Shown one piece after another: positions 53,601 to 64,000 of a stretch of DNA of 64,000 nt. Within the stretch, counting starts at the first letter, position 1. Every line of letters starts with the position of its first letter. Source of the stretch: Haliotis rubra (Eukaryota); NCBI RefSeq assembly GCF_003918875.1, contig NW_025764955.1:124001-188000 (forward strand), given 5' to 3'. Under the pieces are notes generated by a model, which was given only the letters and a program-made list of their open reading frames with translations, had not been told where the DNA came from and ran no database searches. Both the position numbers and the translations under genes were made by a program.

Positions 53601-56600
53601 GCGTTTCTTGTACCCCTAATTGTTCTTCCACTATGCTGTATGTCATTGATCAGTAAGTTGCCTTTTGTTTTACTTGCGCCTATATACTATCATATAACCC
53701 ATATCATTGTGAAACGATAATAGATTCAATCTATAATTTCAGAAAAAAACTTAATGTCGAGCTTACACCACTTGAACTACGACTAAGAGCATGGGTAAAA
53801 ATACTTTTCATTATCAACATGCATTTTGACATTTGGCACTGGCGAAGCCCCACATACACTGGCACCATGTGGGAACACCAATATGATATAAACGATAACA
53901 CTCCACCAAGATTCCCCAACTGTGACCACAGGAAGAGGTCATTGTCAGGAAGCTGTTCTGTCCGGCAACTTGATGGAAGGCATCCCAGTGACACAGCATT
54001 CATCCTGGAAGTTGACAGTGGGGATGAAAACAGCCCTCTCACTCTACACTATAGTATTGGTACTTCTCGAGGTGGAAGAGATGTGAAGTCACTGGTGGAG
54101 ATGAGAGGACCCTCCTTAACATTGCCCACAGTTTCACTGCCTCATGGAGTACCTTTGTATTGGACAATAAGGGCTAGGAACACTCAAGGTATTGAGGCAA
54201 CGGCTATGTGCATGCTCCACACCTATGACAATACAGTTCCAGATGGGAGGGTAGATGCTGCCTATCAGTTTACAAGTCATAGAACGGTGATCCAAGCCAA
54301 CGTTGTCGTATTCGAAGATTCTCCACTAACACCTAATCACTCAGTTGCCGTTGGATACAGTCCTGGGGAGTTCGGAAAAGAAATTTTGGATTGGCAAATT
54401 CTGTACCTGGAAAACACAAATGAGAGAAAAGGTGTTATGTCCGAATTGAAAATGTTTGCCCCATCTAAGCCTGGAAAGTTGTCTTCTGCTCCATTTTCTA
54501 CAGCTCATGCAGATAATGATATTGAATGTGCAAGACTGTGTTTGCAGACAGGTTCAAAGTGCATTTCCTTTGACTATGAAATGCATACTCAGTCTTGTGA
54601 TCTCCAGGAAACAGTTGTCGGAGCTAAGGCGAAACTTCGTGCTGCTGCTTCCTATTTTCACTATGAAAGACTTGGAGTTGGTTACAGTGCTTTTCGGGAG
54701 TTCTCTCACTCAAACCTCGAACATGGCGCCCAGTATTTTATAAATGCAAAGATCACCAACACTCTAGGATATGTTGCCTACCTGCCATCAACTGGGACTC
54801 TAGCTGACTTTACTCCACCTGAACCTGGTCCTGTAGGAGAAGCTGCTTCAGATGTGTTGACAGCTGATGGATGTAAGGCAGCTGTGACTCAAAGATGCAT
54901 CGATGTCACCAAGGAGCTCAATCACAGGTAAAACTGCCACCTTTGCCTTCTGCACTATGACAACATAAACATGTTAAAACATCCGAACAGAATATTATTC
55001 TATTGACGTGATGTCTTTTACAGAAAAATCATTGATGGGAGTGCTGGAAGAACGGTTTTTGGAGGCAACAAACCTCTTGACGATACGAAATACACACTCG
55101 CAAACAACTATATCTCAGGTAATCTACTTAAACACACATGCCAAGTGTCGCTATGAAAATCTGACATACAATGCCTGCGGAAGACCCATTGGGTAATGAT
55201 TACATTTCCTTATGTAACTGTGGATAATTTGTTCTGTGTGGTTTGTTGTTATTTGTATTACTGTGTTTACTTTTTACAGGAAACTGCGATGGCTTCCACG
55301 ACGACGAAAGTGGTATTTGGGGCTACACGTGGGCAGCTGGGACGTCTGTGTGTGGGTCTGATGTTGTGAAGTTCACTGATCCTCACGCTCAACTACAAAC
55401 CAGGCAAGACTGGACCTACACCGGACTGGGCAAGAATCTCCATCTGGCTGATGGTCAGTACTATATCACCTTCCAAGCTATCAACAATGTTGTACACGGA
55501 GGAGCTTTGGTTACAACAGTGTGTCACTCTACACCTGTGACAGTTGACACGACACAGCCCGTAGTACATGAGGTAGGGGATTTGCTGTTTGATGAGGATT
55601 TTGATATCTTGGGCGTCTACTTCAATGTATCGGACTCTGGATCGGGTATTGCCAGGGTGGACTTTGGTCTGGGCAAAACAAAGTATGATGTATTTGTTAG
55701 ATCTTACAGCCGTCATCCCTTCCTGAACCGAGCTGACCCATACCTTGTGATAGAAGATCTTGGCTTGACACCTGGTGTCCAGGCTTGGGTGCGAATCAGA
55801 GCCGTTAATTCAGGTAAGGAGAAACTATTGACATAATAGACAGACACATTTAAAATTATTAAAATTAAACTGTAACTGTCCGTGAGACAAATATTTATAA
55901 CATGTTATTGTTTGTTATTAATAGTGGATCTCTCCACTGCAAGCCATGGTGATGTCCCGATACTCATTGACTTTACACCGCCAGTCGTTGGTAAAGTACT
56001 TGATGGGGACAAACTGCTCGAAGATGTTGAATACCAGCATAACACACAGATGATCTGTGCACAGTGGGTCGACTTCTATGATCCAGAATCTGGTATTGAC
56101 AGGTATGTGAAGTCAATTCTCAAATTCTACTTTGTCTGTGATGACACAATGTACCTGTATGCATCTCGCACCAATGTGTGAATGAAACACTTTAAACATA
56201 TGCGCATGTTTATACCATTCGCATTGACGATCTACACGAGCCCCAACACTAGCATGGTATTTCATCTGTCATAGTGATTGTTTAGGTGCTTAAGAACAAT
56301 GTAGCAATATACCTGTACTTTCAGTTATCTCTGGGGTGTTGGAACGACTGCTGGAGCTGATGACATTCTTCCATTTACAAATTTTACGCATCAAGTTAAA
56401 TCTTGGTGCAACGTCACAACTCTGCACCACAATACAACATACTATTCAACAGTTGTCGCTTTCAATGGGGCAATCAATCAGAAGGAAATTCAGGCAACAT
56501 CTAATGGAGGTATGTTTGCTAATCGTACATATTGTTTTATGATGTCATAAGCCATATTTAAGGGTCCGTAAGAGGGTCTGAAAGTGCAGAAAGCTAATCA

Positions 56601-59600
56601 GGAAATAAACCCATCTGCAGAACAATTTAGGACCGGATAAAAAGTTAGAATACACAAACGTACTGAGAGTTAGTTCCCCTATATGTGATATATAAACATC
56701 TTGACAATGACGTGTGACATTTATTCTAGAAAAGGAAAATATGGCTGGTATTTTGAAAATGTTCTAACAAAATTGTGACAATTCTTAAAGACAGACAGAC
56801 AAAAGTCATGGCATACTGTTGTATAGTAGATAGTGTACATATGGATGTCGTATTGTGATTTCATTCTGAAAGAATGGCGGGTATACCTATTGTCTTCTAT
56901 TTCAGTGCTGGTAGACATAACACCTCCACTGCTGGGGTTTGTCCAGGATGGTCCTGATATTGTGAATGATGTGGAGTTCAGCTCTCAGACAGCTACTATT
57001 GAAAGTGCCTGGGCCAACTTCACTGACCCAGAAAGCCATGTACAAGAGTACACAATGATGGTATATGTAAACGATGAACTGAAAAAGAAGTTCCATATTG
57101 GATCCATGACCAGTTACACTGACCATACAATTGACACTAAACACAAGGACCATGTCCGAGTTCAAGTCACAGCAACAAATGGAGCAGGACTTGAAACACA
57201 AGCAGACAGTAATGGGTATATGGTTGACGAAACACCGCCAAACATGATGTATATACAAGATTCTCAGACAGGGAAATACCAAAGTGATTCCTCACACCTT
57301 GGCGTTAAGTGGTATTTTACAGATGAAGAGTCAGGCATCTTGGAATACAGATACACTATATTTGAGAAGATTGGTGGTCAGAAGAAAAAGTTTTGGCCAA
57401 AGGATGAGACATTTGCTGTCATTGAAGTTGAAAAAGCAGACATACAGTTGGATTCCCTTCCTCTTACAAATGGGGCCCAATATACAACATCAGTCACTGC
57501 ACTCAACAACGCCCTTCTTGCAACGTCAGTAGAATCAAGTGGAGTTGTTATTGACACAACACCGCCCACAGTAAAGAAAGTGAGTATCCATCATCGTATA
57601 AACTTTATTTTGCAAGGAAGTTTGAATCACCAATGATTAATTTTATTCTGTTTTCAAGACAGCAATCAGGAACAATCATGCATATCCAGTGTATGGAAGG
57701 GTTTTCAAAACCTTTTGCAAGTTTATAAGCACACAAACTGTTCCTGTTGAGAATTTTCTGCAATATAAAACGTATTCATTTGTGCAATATAATAACGCAT
57801 GCCTGAAGCCAATACACCTGTAATTAGGTATTTGAACAGTTGCTTCACGTGTTGTAGGTACTAATCGGTCTCCCTGGGCAAGAGGAGGAGCTTGATGACT
57901 TCGGAAATGTAATCCATATGGAGGATCAACCGATGCATGTGTCTTGGACAGCTCGTGATCCTGAGAGTGGTATCTCTCAAAATCTGCTTTGTGTGAAGAA
58001 CAATGTCATACAGTGCACTCGAAGTGAGCAGTTTACCAACTATGGAAGCACATCATCTGTAACATTAGAAGCTCTCAATCTTATATCAGATGACAAGACT
58101 CAGTACGTTGTCGTTATCAGAGTAACAAATGGAGCAGGCTTGACAGCAGAAGCTTCATCAAAGCCAATACATGTAGAGAAGGGAAACTCCCCTGGAACAG
58201 TCTATGATGGTCGAAGTATCAGTGAAGATACAGATTTCCAGCAAGATCTTTCAAGTCTATCCATGTCGTTCGATGGCTTTGGTAGTGATGCGTGTGGAAT
58301 AACCGGCTATGACTGGGCGATTGGAACACAGCCATACCTGAGTGACATAATGCATTACACAAACTATGGACTTACGATGGTCAGCGACAGTTCAGGATAT
58401 GCGGAAATAACAAATACAAACTTCAACAATGTGAAGTACTATGTTACAGTCCGGGCTATAACTGGTGTGGAATGTCCAGACTCGTACATCGTATCATCAT
58501 CAAATGGTGTAACGGTTGACCATGAAGTTCCTGTTATAAATCAACAGTACAGAGGTCAAATGATGTCTTCCTCACTTTTGTTTTTAAACCAAACAACAAC
58601 TCTACCAATATCATGGTCTGTTGAGGATGCAAATATCATGCCTGTGATTTCCTGGTCAATAGGGAGCCTCCCAGTCTCTGGTGAAAAACACACTGTTAAT
58701 ATTTCAAAGTCGGGTCTTGATCCATGGGACATAAGTCTTTCAGCAAACAACACATATTTCGTGACAACATATGGCTCTGATATGGCAGGCAACAAGGCTT
58801 TAATGAGTTCACCGCCAATCACAGTTGATGAAACCCCCGTCTCTATTATTGACTATGAGTGTACACCTTTTGTATCAATGATGTCAACAATTGTCACTTG
58901 TTCTTGGAGGTTTTTCGAAGAAGCAGAAAGTACCATCACTAACGTAACAATCACAGCACGTACAGGACAAGGCAGCTCGCATATATTAGTGGTTAGCAGG
59001 CTGTCGGCAATTGAGAGACGCTGGAGCTTTGACACAGAGGGAGTTTTGCAAGATGGAGTTTCATTCCTGTATATAACTCTGGAAATTGAAAATGGTGCAC
59101 ATCTACGCAGCAAATTCTTTAAAGAAATTGTCTTTGATCAGACACCGCCAGCCGACGGGGAACTCTCAGTAGTTACATCATCTAATCCATCATCCAAAGA
59201 GGAAGTAGTCTGCCAGCAACAAACAACGTACATGTCTGTCTTTGTGAATAGATTCAACGATCCCGAATCACAGATAGACAGGTGAATTACAACTTTGCTA
59301 CATGAATAAAAACTCACAGTTAAGATTTATGCAGAAACATCCCTTACAGCCACGACATTTCCTCATATGTTATCGATTATATAATCATAATGCTAAAACT
59401 GTAATATGTTTCAGGTATGAAGCAGGACTGGGAAGTGAGCGAGGACTGACAGATGTTCTTCCTTTCACAAAAGTCACTTTGTCCAATGGACTGTTTGTAG
59501 TTCCAAACCTACACTTGGAATCTGGAGCCCTCATCTTTGTCACTGTCCGCATTTTCAACAAAGCCGGTCTGTTCGCAGTGAAAGAAAGTAACCCGTTGGC

Positions 59601-62600
59601 TATCAGCCCAAAACCCTACCTACTTGTTTGGGATGGACCAGGATCTGATGATGTTGATAGTCAACATGATCTGACGACCATTCAGGGAAGGTGGGGTTAC
59701 TCTGATCCCTGTCCAGTGATATCAGCAGAGTGGGCAGTAGAAGACATCACAGGGGAGATTATCAAAGGCTTTGAACAAACCCCTGGGAATGGTCATAACT
59801 TCTACAATGATGAATTGACATTGGAGAATATGAAGACATATAGAGTCATTGTGAGAACCACTGATGCCCTCAACCGCACCATGATTGGGCGATCTGATGG
59901 GGTAATGGTCAAGATTCAGCCTCCAGTTCCTGGGAATGTTCGAGATGGCATTGCTTCTGACATCAACTACCAGCTACCTACAAATTACCTTGCAGCAAAC
60001 TGGGATCCGTTTGGAGAAATGAATGATTTGGACCCATCACAGAAAATTGAATACTATGAAGTGGCTGTAGGGAATGACAGAAGATATAAAGACAGGAGAT
60101 CCAATGTTCATTTCTTTGAGAACGTTGGTCTCAACAGAAGTTATGTCTTTAAGCATTTAAATCTAACCGCAAAAACAGTTACATATTACATCACAGTGAG
60201 GGCATACAGTTCTGCTGGAAGTTATGAAGAATCTTTTTCAAATGGAATCCGAGCTGGATTTGGAACAGACATCGTGTTGGGAGATATCGAAGTTGCTGAG
60301 TACCAATCCAGCTCCAGTGAAATACAAGTATCATGGTCTGACTTTATATCTGACTTTAACATTCGGAAATATGAGGTTGCTGTTGACACTGAAGAATATA
60401 CAGAGTCAAATACAAGCTTGGAATGTCACGCTATTGTCTTTCAGCCACTTGTGGCATTTGAGTCTGTCAACAAAGACACAATCAAAACCATAAAAGGTCT
60501 TCAATTAAATCATTCTGAGGTTTACTTTGTCCTTGTCAAAGCTGAAGATGAGGCAGGGATGTGTCTGATTGCATCCAGTAAAGCAATTACAATTGATACA
60601 ACACCACCGCAACCAGGACAAGTGATCATTGATGGTGGACGGTCATCTGGTATTCTATATGCCACTCAACTGCACTCTGTACATATAAACATGACAGGAT
60701 TTACAGATGAAGAAAGTTCCATAGATTACTACACGGTGGCATTATTAGGGGGACTTTTCTGCACTGATTCAATGTCATTATCCCCCAAAGACAAAGACGT
60801 TTTACGTTCTGTTACTGTTTCAACTTCCGATGCCCACTTCAACGATCTCATGTTAGACACAACCAGGCCATACTATATACAGGTTACAGCAGCTAATAAG
60901 GCAGGTTTGAAGACGACTGTGACAAGTGAACCTATTTTAGCAGATTACAACCCTCCAGTTGCTGGAAACATAAAAATTGGGTCAGATTGGAGGTACAGTT
61001 CAAGGTCTTGGGGCGATACGAACCTGTTACAAGGCACAATTCTCATCAATACCAACATACACGATTCAACATGTAAAACTGAAAGAGAACTACTGAATAA
61101 TAACTATAAAAAGGAAATAGTGATTTTGGATGATGTCTTCCAATCGCACGCTGTTGATATTGTAGATAATAACCGTGTCAAGATATATGCACGACTTGAC
61201 CCGTCGCTGCAACTGTTTGAAAAAGGAGGAGTCAAAACAAACCCAACGCTACTGACAGAAGGCAACTATTCATTTTCTCTTCAGGCTACAGCACGACACA
61301 ACGTTTCATCTATGATAGGTCTGATTCAAGAAAGTCTTCCAAATCCTGATGATATCTTAAAGGCTTATGCAAAGATATTTATAGATAATTGCAATGGCAG
61401 TGCATGTTCTAACGGCGACAGGACTGTAGTAACTGATGACGAGAGTTGGAACCTTGGCGTTCTCTTGACTATGAATAACATCTCAGAACCCCTAATTCTG
61501 TTCTGGGCCAAGGATAAATCCAGAATCAAAGTTCATAATGTCCATGTAGACTTTGATCCAAGTTTCTCACTGAACGACTTTTCTCTTCAAGCAATAAATG
61601 ATTCAACACCATCAACAGCTTCGTGGGATATAAATCTATTCATCAACGGTCAGTTGAAAGGTCAACATGCTGGACTGAACATTCAAGGATACGTTGTCGC
61701 CTCTGTGTTCTCCTGGAACAATGATGGATATATTCCACAAGTGGATGATCCGTTTGACCCATTCACAACTAACCTACTCCTGTCATCACTGAGACTACCG
61801 CTCCCGCAAATACACCCATGTAGGTACGGACGGGCATTTTATGATTCACAGAGCGGGATCAAAGATATTTCCATTGGTCTGTCAGATTCTCAGAACACAA
61901 CTGCAAACGTAGTACCTTATACGAAACAAATGTCATTTTGTGTTCCTTGCAAAGATCTTTGCAAAGAAAGTTGTGGCTTTGAAGGTTCCTGTTCCAAGAG
62001 TACAGACCAACAGGGATTATCAGTAAGGCATTTCCAACTCAGCAACTTGACACTGATTCCCTCTCGGATGACTGATCGAATTAACTACACTGATTCCCAA
62101 GCCAGTGCCTACTATTTTGATGTGAAAGTAACTGATCATGCTGGTTATGAAAAACAAATCAAGTCTAACGCAATCATCATTGACACAACACCCCCAGTGG
62201 TGACTGATGTCACTTGCTTTGATCCGGAGTACTCGCTGTATGAACCTGCACTCTACATTGGAAATGATCATGCTGTCAGTGCTAAGTGGGAGATATCAGA
62301 GGATTTCAGTGACATCAACGCTGTCTTTGTTGGAATTGGAACAAAATGTGGACTAGATGATATTGTTCAAATACCCCTTCAAAACAGACTGAAGAATGTA
62401 ACACTGAATTCAACAAAAGAAAGTCTTCAACAGGATCAAAAGTATTTTGTCGGTGTTACCGTAATAAATTCTGCTGGTCTCAACCACACTGCGTGCTGTC
62501 CATTTGTCATTGATATTAAATCTCCCACAGTTTCCTCTACTGAACCAGTGCCACTGTTTGTCTCAGCAGAAGATGTAGCCGGACTTAACGTTTCACTTAC

Positions 62601-64000
62601 CGAGTACAATGATCGAGTTGGAATCCAGTGGGATGATCCTCATAGTGATGTGGACTATTTTGGTGAGACAAACCCTGACTTATTGTTTCTTCTTTGTACC
62701 TAAATGCATATGTTATATTAGATGATACAGTGTCAAAGTTGGAACAGCTGAAATGCTCGATCACTTTGGTGTTTTTCCCTTTGAACATTTTGTTATTGGG
62801 TCGACTGGACAGGTGTTCTGAAATGCCGTACTTCTATCTATTTCGTACCTACGCTGGGATCCACCAGTCCCCAGTTTGAACCCAATACGTCTCCTGATTA
62901 TGATCCTTGATTTGTCAACCTCAAACATTGTGCATGGTTCAAGGTTACCATCTGTTTCTAATTTTAAAAACGTTTCATTTTCCCACAGCTATGCTTATGT
63001 CATTTAAATGATGTTTAAGACTGGCAGCTGGCGAGTGAGGATTCAGCAGACGAAATATATCCAACAATGCGAGTCGGTTCCAACACAACTCGACGTGTCG
63101 AGGTCCTGAAGGGAGATATAAGTCTTTCGCATGGCGCTGTCAACGCTTCAGTGTCTGAATTCCTTAACAGAAACTTCTCTGATGGTCTTAAGAGTGCCGA
63201 CTTCAAGAATAGTCCACTCATGCTGGAACCAGGCAAATGTGTCATCCAAACCGTGACTTCTGTCAGTAGAGCTCACAAGAGAAAGGATTTGACGTCACAG
63301 AAGACCTGCATTAAACGTAATGTCTTTCTTTAGGTATATGTTGATATTTGTAACATATTTCAACACATTATTCAGCCTCTGCTGATTCCGGGTAATCAAC
63401 ACGGATGGCTTATGGATTTATATCCTTCACTGGTTTGCCTAGTCCAGATTCAGTTATAAACAGCTTTTGCGAAAATATTCCCGAGAGGCATTACAAACAA
63501 CATTTTATCGTTCATATTAAATGTGCAATCAGTTACTTATTTACTTATTATGATGTGGCTTTTGTATTGTCCAGGCAAGAAAGACATGATTGTGAAACAG
63601 GGTACCAACAAAACACTTGTGATTGACGGCGTTGTCATCTCCGAGTCATTGGCAAAGAACAATCACTCTGTTTGCACAATATCAGTGGAAGGTAAGGTGA
63701 TCAGATGATTAGATAGTAGCGTCAGTTCCGTCAAGCACAAACTCTGCAGTTAATACTAATGTATTTACATGGTTTGATCCGACCTAAATTTCGAGACAAT
63801 TACGGTATTTGTTTTTCTGTATGTTCTGCAATATGTGCAATGTACCCATACTGTTGTGTAGTTTCCAGTGGCGCCCTAGCGGTCGGTGTACTGAGCAAGA
63901 CAGATCAACACATGGCCTACGGTGCTCCAGCCGCCGTGGATTATTCCCCTTACATCGTCAGCCCCGACATCACCTCGACACAGCTGTCCCGGTTTCTCAC
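8662..64000 (+). CDS. Giant secreted multidomain protein (LLTP/vitellogenin-N-like + LECT2/M23-like + PAN + FN3-like repeats), over 4,300 aa, incomplete at 3' end
   Basis: 43 hand-chained GT-AG exons with consistent phases and no stops: 8662-8811, 9167-9257, 18510-18546, 20132-20252, 20636-20687, 21201-21301, 30318-30412, 30676-30722, 32188-32242, 32414-32483, 32762-32843, 33080-33366, 33571-33625, 33775-33918, 34319-34524, 34993-35123, 35357-35529, 35888-36033, 36131-36463, 36786-36928, 37173-37243, 39775-39926, 40298-40467, 40982-41156, 41767-42317, 42479-42762, 44148-44348, 44834-45025, 45987-46123, 46580-46751, 52030-52100, 52398-52555, 53743-54927, 55024-55118, 55280-55813, 55925-56102, 56325-56509, 56906-57579, 57858-59281, 59415-62662, 63020-63316, 63575-63691, 63862->64000. 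N-terminus MKSAGWVGATLLLLCSYSQG is signal-peptide-like. Confidence 0.85.
9550..10330 (-). mobile_element. Degenerate Tc1/mariner transposase remnant
   Basis: Reverse-complement homolog of 19020-19880 (shares cgtgccctcacgtcttctcgtaattggtgggaacgtcaatgcagcgggatatcgtgaccatttcc). Confidence 0.7.
10378..10624 (-). mobile_element. SINE-like family A copy
   Basis: Homology to 5053-5323. Confidence 0.8.
10748..18057. repeat. 62-bp tandem satellite array, about 118 copies, intronic
   Basis: Consensus caggtcagacctagctttatggtatttgcccacattaactaccttgtagacccctgaagatc repeated head-to-tail over 7.3 kb with no spacers. Confidence 0.97.
18035..18273 (+). mobile_element. SINE-like family A copy whose 5' end is part of the satellite monomer
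   Basis: 13-bp TSD taactaccttgta (18022-18034 / 18274-18286); (CAA)n-like tail. Confidence 0.85.
19020..19880 (+). mobile_element. Degenerate Tc1/mariner transposase remnant
   Basis: HTH-like start (AFGMLQAGQS...DRPRSERPRVTS) and remnants of the WPSRSPDxNPI motif; many stops and frameshifts. Confidence 0.75.
20132..35123 (+). CDS. Exons encoding a vitellogenin-N/MTP-like (large lipid transfer protein) beta-sheet and alpha-helical module of the giant gene
   Basis: Motifs GSIDLVRVHPEDEDELVVIKKAVTSLF, ACLAVGSLARNL, ILLHSLGNAGHP and WRRAAVEALRHY resemble LLTP N-terminal and HEAT-like helical-domain motifs (LxxLGNxG; RxAAxxALR). Confidence 0.65.
20704..20860 (-). mobile_element. tRNA-related SINE family C
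   Basis: Homology to 6619-6757; on - it begins cggtggggtagcctagtggttaaagcgttcgct (A-box-like). Confidence 0.7.
23718..28140 (-). mobile_element. L1/Tx1-clade LINE, 5'-truncated, near-complete ORF2
   Basis: ORFs 27660-25297 (APE endonuclease NCRGL, GDWN, RLDFF, SDH; RT RQGDP, YADD) and 25312-23882 (CxxC-H-C zinc knuckle) joined by one frameshift; A-rich 3' end; 12-bp TSD accaatcagttg (23706-23717 / 28141-28152). Confidence 0.92.
27866..28020 (-). mobile_element. SINE family C copy inside the LINE 5' region
   Basis: Homology to the copies at 6619 and 20704 (ggggagacaccagaaat...gtaccca). Confidence 0.6.
28453..28807 (+). mobile_element. tRNA-derived SINE
   Basis: A box tggtgtagtgg and B box ggttcgatccc; (CCA)n tail; 12-bp TSD caagatcttact (28441-28452 / 28808-28819). 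Confidence 0.88.
30809..32105 (+). mobile_element. Full-length Tc1-type DNA transposon with inactivated transposase
   Basis: TIRs of about 28 bp ((c/t)agta..accagaaattattgagaattt) flanked by TA; transposase remnants GAGRPRK, FSDES, VWGGI, FQQDNDPKH, SPDLN/IENVW with stops and frameshifts (31002-31981). Confidence 0.92.
37675..39463 (-). mobile_element. 5'-truncated LINE (RTE/RTE-X-like RT) with (TC)n tail
   Basis: ORFs 39438-38524 (KAFD, GVGQG, LLADD) and 38687-37818 (CALC...H...C); aataaa followed by (tc)n on -; 65-bp direct repeat flanks. Confidence 0.88.
40982..42060 (+). CDS. LECT2-like / peptidase M23-fold domain (two exons) of the giant gene
   Basis: RRPSDSSCGKGTYPSDTRSKYGTAGIDLVLNKGWK|VINPVAGIV...QAQVIGTSGGNNGCDWPHIHLAV...YMDPSPF matches the LECT2/M23 pattern RxxDxxGxGxY...HxGxD...VxAPxxG...GQxIG...HxH...DP. 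Confidence 0.65.
45131..45386 (+). mobile_element. 5'-truncated SINE-like family B copy
   Basis: TSD tcaaatgacc (45121-45130 / 45387-45396); homology to 4420-4663. Confidence 0.75.
47440..50527 (+). mobile_element. Degenerate Rex1/Babar-like (CR1/L2 group) LINE
   Basis: Endonuclease (LSNIRSLENK, GFTETWL, VYIPP) and RT (YRPVALTSIAMKSLER, GAPQG, KFADD) fragments with stops; (ATTCT)n tail at 50490-50527. 5' boundary approximate. Confidence 0.85.
50666..51950 (+). mobile_element. Probable non-autonomous Helentron/HINE-like element
   Basis: Starts tttttatccccc...gggg (short hairpin); degenerate internal repeats; 3' subterminal hairpin cggtggt-attac-accaccg (51905-51923); no ORF. Confidence 0.5.
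52990..53220 (-). mobile_element. SINE-like family A copy, diverged
   Basis: Homology to 5053-5323. Confidence 0.75.
53743..54927 (+). CDS. Exon with FN3-like repeats and a PAN/apple domain
   Basis: ORF 53819-54931; ECARLCLQTGSKCISFDYEMHTQSCDL has the PAN cysteine spacing (CxxxC-C-SF-Y-C). Confidence 0.75.
55280..62662 (+). CDS. Exons encoding a tandem FN3/Ig-like repeat array, including a 3,248-nt exon (59415-62662)
   Basis: Recurrent F-x-D-x-ESGI-xx-Y-x-W/V-xx-G and Y-x-x-x-V-x-A-x-NxAGL...S-x-G-x-x-x-D-x-T-P-P motifs across ORFs 55243, 55882, 56833, 57918 and 59302. Confidence 0.85.

Noticed and set aside
59302-62703. Stand-alone 1,133-aa gene
   Set aside because: Its ends are intronic read-through; the real exon is 59415-62662 with splice sites in phase with its neighbours.

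Overview
AT-rich eukaryotic (metazoan) genomic DNA with GT-AG introns. It is probably from a mollusc such as an abalone-like gastropod, inferred from the repeat families only. Two spliced genes with predicted signal peptides sit head-to-head, their ATGs only 266 bp apart (8395 on -, 8662 on +). The + gene is a giant: I could chain 43 phase-compatible exons (about 12.9 kb CDS, over 4,300 aa, still open at the window end). It encodes a signal peptide, a vitellogenin/MTP-like (LLTP) N-terminal module, amphipathic helices, a LECT2/M23-like domain, a cationic segment, a beta-strand-rich region, a PAN/apple domain and a long FN3/Ig-like repeat array, punctuated by proprotein-convertase-type sites. 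The - gene (5 exons visible, runs off the left edge) encodes an uncharacterised secreted protein that also carries a polybasic site. Introns are packed with transposons: a DIRS element with a nested L1/Tx1 LINE and SINEs, Tc1/mariner copies, an RTE-like LINE with a 65-bp TSD, a Rex1/Babar-like LINE, a Helentron-like element and several SINE families. A 7.3-kb 62-bp satellite array appears to have been born from a SINE insertion junction. All exon models were built by hand and have no transcript support.
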